Shown: in pieces, positions 50,398-50,883 of the stretch
Layout: each line of letters starts with the position of its first letter
How positions within the stretch are numbered: position 1 is the first letter of the stretch
From: Candidatus Troglogloeales bacterium
Lineage (GTDB): Bacteria; Nitrospirota; Nitrospiria; SBBL01; SBBA01
DNA length: 50,883 nucleotides
NCBI GenBank assembly: GCA_005239925.1
Contig: SBBA01000218.1
Location: 1-50,883 of the forward strand
Reading direction: 5' to 3'
Position numbers and translations under genes: made by a program
Notes under the pieces: generated by a model
What the model was told of the DNA's origin: nothing
The model's input: the letters and a program-made list of their open reading frames with translations, nothing else
Databases searched by the model: none

Positions 50398-50883
50398 CTA
50401 TGGGGCCACAGAATATTGTTCCGACGTGGATGAGCTAGTAAGGGTAGCCGTGGAAACGAAATGTCGTTTCATGCCCAGTTCTTTATGAGAAAAACCCAGG
50501 GCCAGCCCTAGAAGCTGTGGTAGATGGAGCACCGGCATATTAAGTCCTGTCTCACTCCCCTGCCCTTCTTTAATCTTTTCTGCAGCTCGTTCCTGATAAA
50601 TATCAAGACTCATATGGCAAAGAGGACAAGGTGTAACCATCACATCCGCGCCCTTTTCTTTGGCTTCACCGACATGAGTACCCACCATTTTCAAGGCAAT
50701 CTCTTCCTTTTCTAAAAGAACAGGAAAACCGCAACATTTCACACGCCCGTCATAATCAACCGGTGTTGCCCCCAATGCCTTGATAAGTCGCTCTAAAGAG
50801 GTGGGATTGTTCCATTGATCAAACCCGGTGGCCGATTCTGGACGCAAAATATAACAGCCGTAAAACGGCGCAATGGAAAGATC
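50398..50883 (-). CDS. HdrB-like CCG-domain protein (partial, N-terminus outside the window)
   Basis: KCCGFPV and [11 protein letters not shown] Cys-rich CCG motifs. The frame stays open to the window edge (..[13 protein letters not shown]..). Confidence 0.7.
   Translation of the reverse strand, partial: DLSIAPFYGCYILRPESATGFDQWNNPTSLERLIKALGATPVDYDGRVKCCGFPVLLEKEEIALKMVGTHVGEAKEKGADVMVTPCPLCHMSLDIYQERAAEKIKEGQGSETGLNMPVLHLPQLLGLALGFSHKELGMKRHFVSTATLTSSSTSEQYSVAP

Overview
50.9-kb chromosomal window, about 45-50% G+C by eye with clearly AT-richer patches. It comes from a bacterium with Gram-negative-type envelope genes (kdsB, kdsC, lpxL-like); the lineage cannot be fixed from sequence alone. 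I support about 60 protein genes, mostly housekeeping. These include pyrG-kdsB, lepA-lepB, yebC, ruvCAB, trpEG, fmt-htpX-rpe and argJ-argC. They also include rplM-rpsI, yicC-gmk-rpoZ-coaBC, rmuC, hemA-hemC with a hemX/ccsA-like gene, and plsY-pgsA-lpxL-kdsC. The rest are ispB, fabH, glnB-glnD, amtB, iscR-iscS-iscA and a partial hdrB-like gene. Accessory content is a vapBC pair, an orphan RHH antitoxin and a stand-alone retropepsin-like protease. It also includes a DsrEFH/TusBCD-like trio beside two paralogous tail-anchored coiled-coil proteins, and a three-gene module of unknown function upstream of the heme genes. I found no rRNA, tRNA or CRISPR array. The most unusual signal is non-coding: three families of short structured repeats fill many intergenic spacers. 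Family A is 105-140 bp, flanked by TAA, lacks terminal inverted repeats and carries two hairpins. It has 8 full copies plus partial ones, and its left boundary repeatedly coincides with the stop codon of the upstream gene. Pieces of it are translated in frame inside trpE and trpG. Family B is a classical MITE with 17-18 bp terminal inverted repeats and 4-bp target duplications. Family C is a nested palindrome. Other points worth a second look are a single in-frame TAG in the otherwise intact essential gene pyrG, an apparently leaderless fabH behind a consensus promoter, and a decayed transposase fragment inside a repeat cluster. All homology calls come from motif recognition by eye, not database searches.
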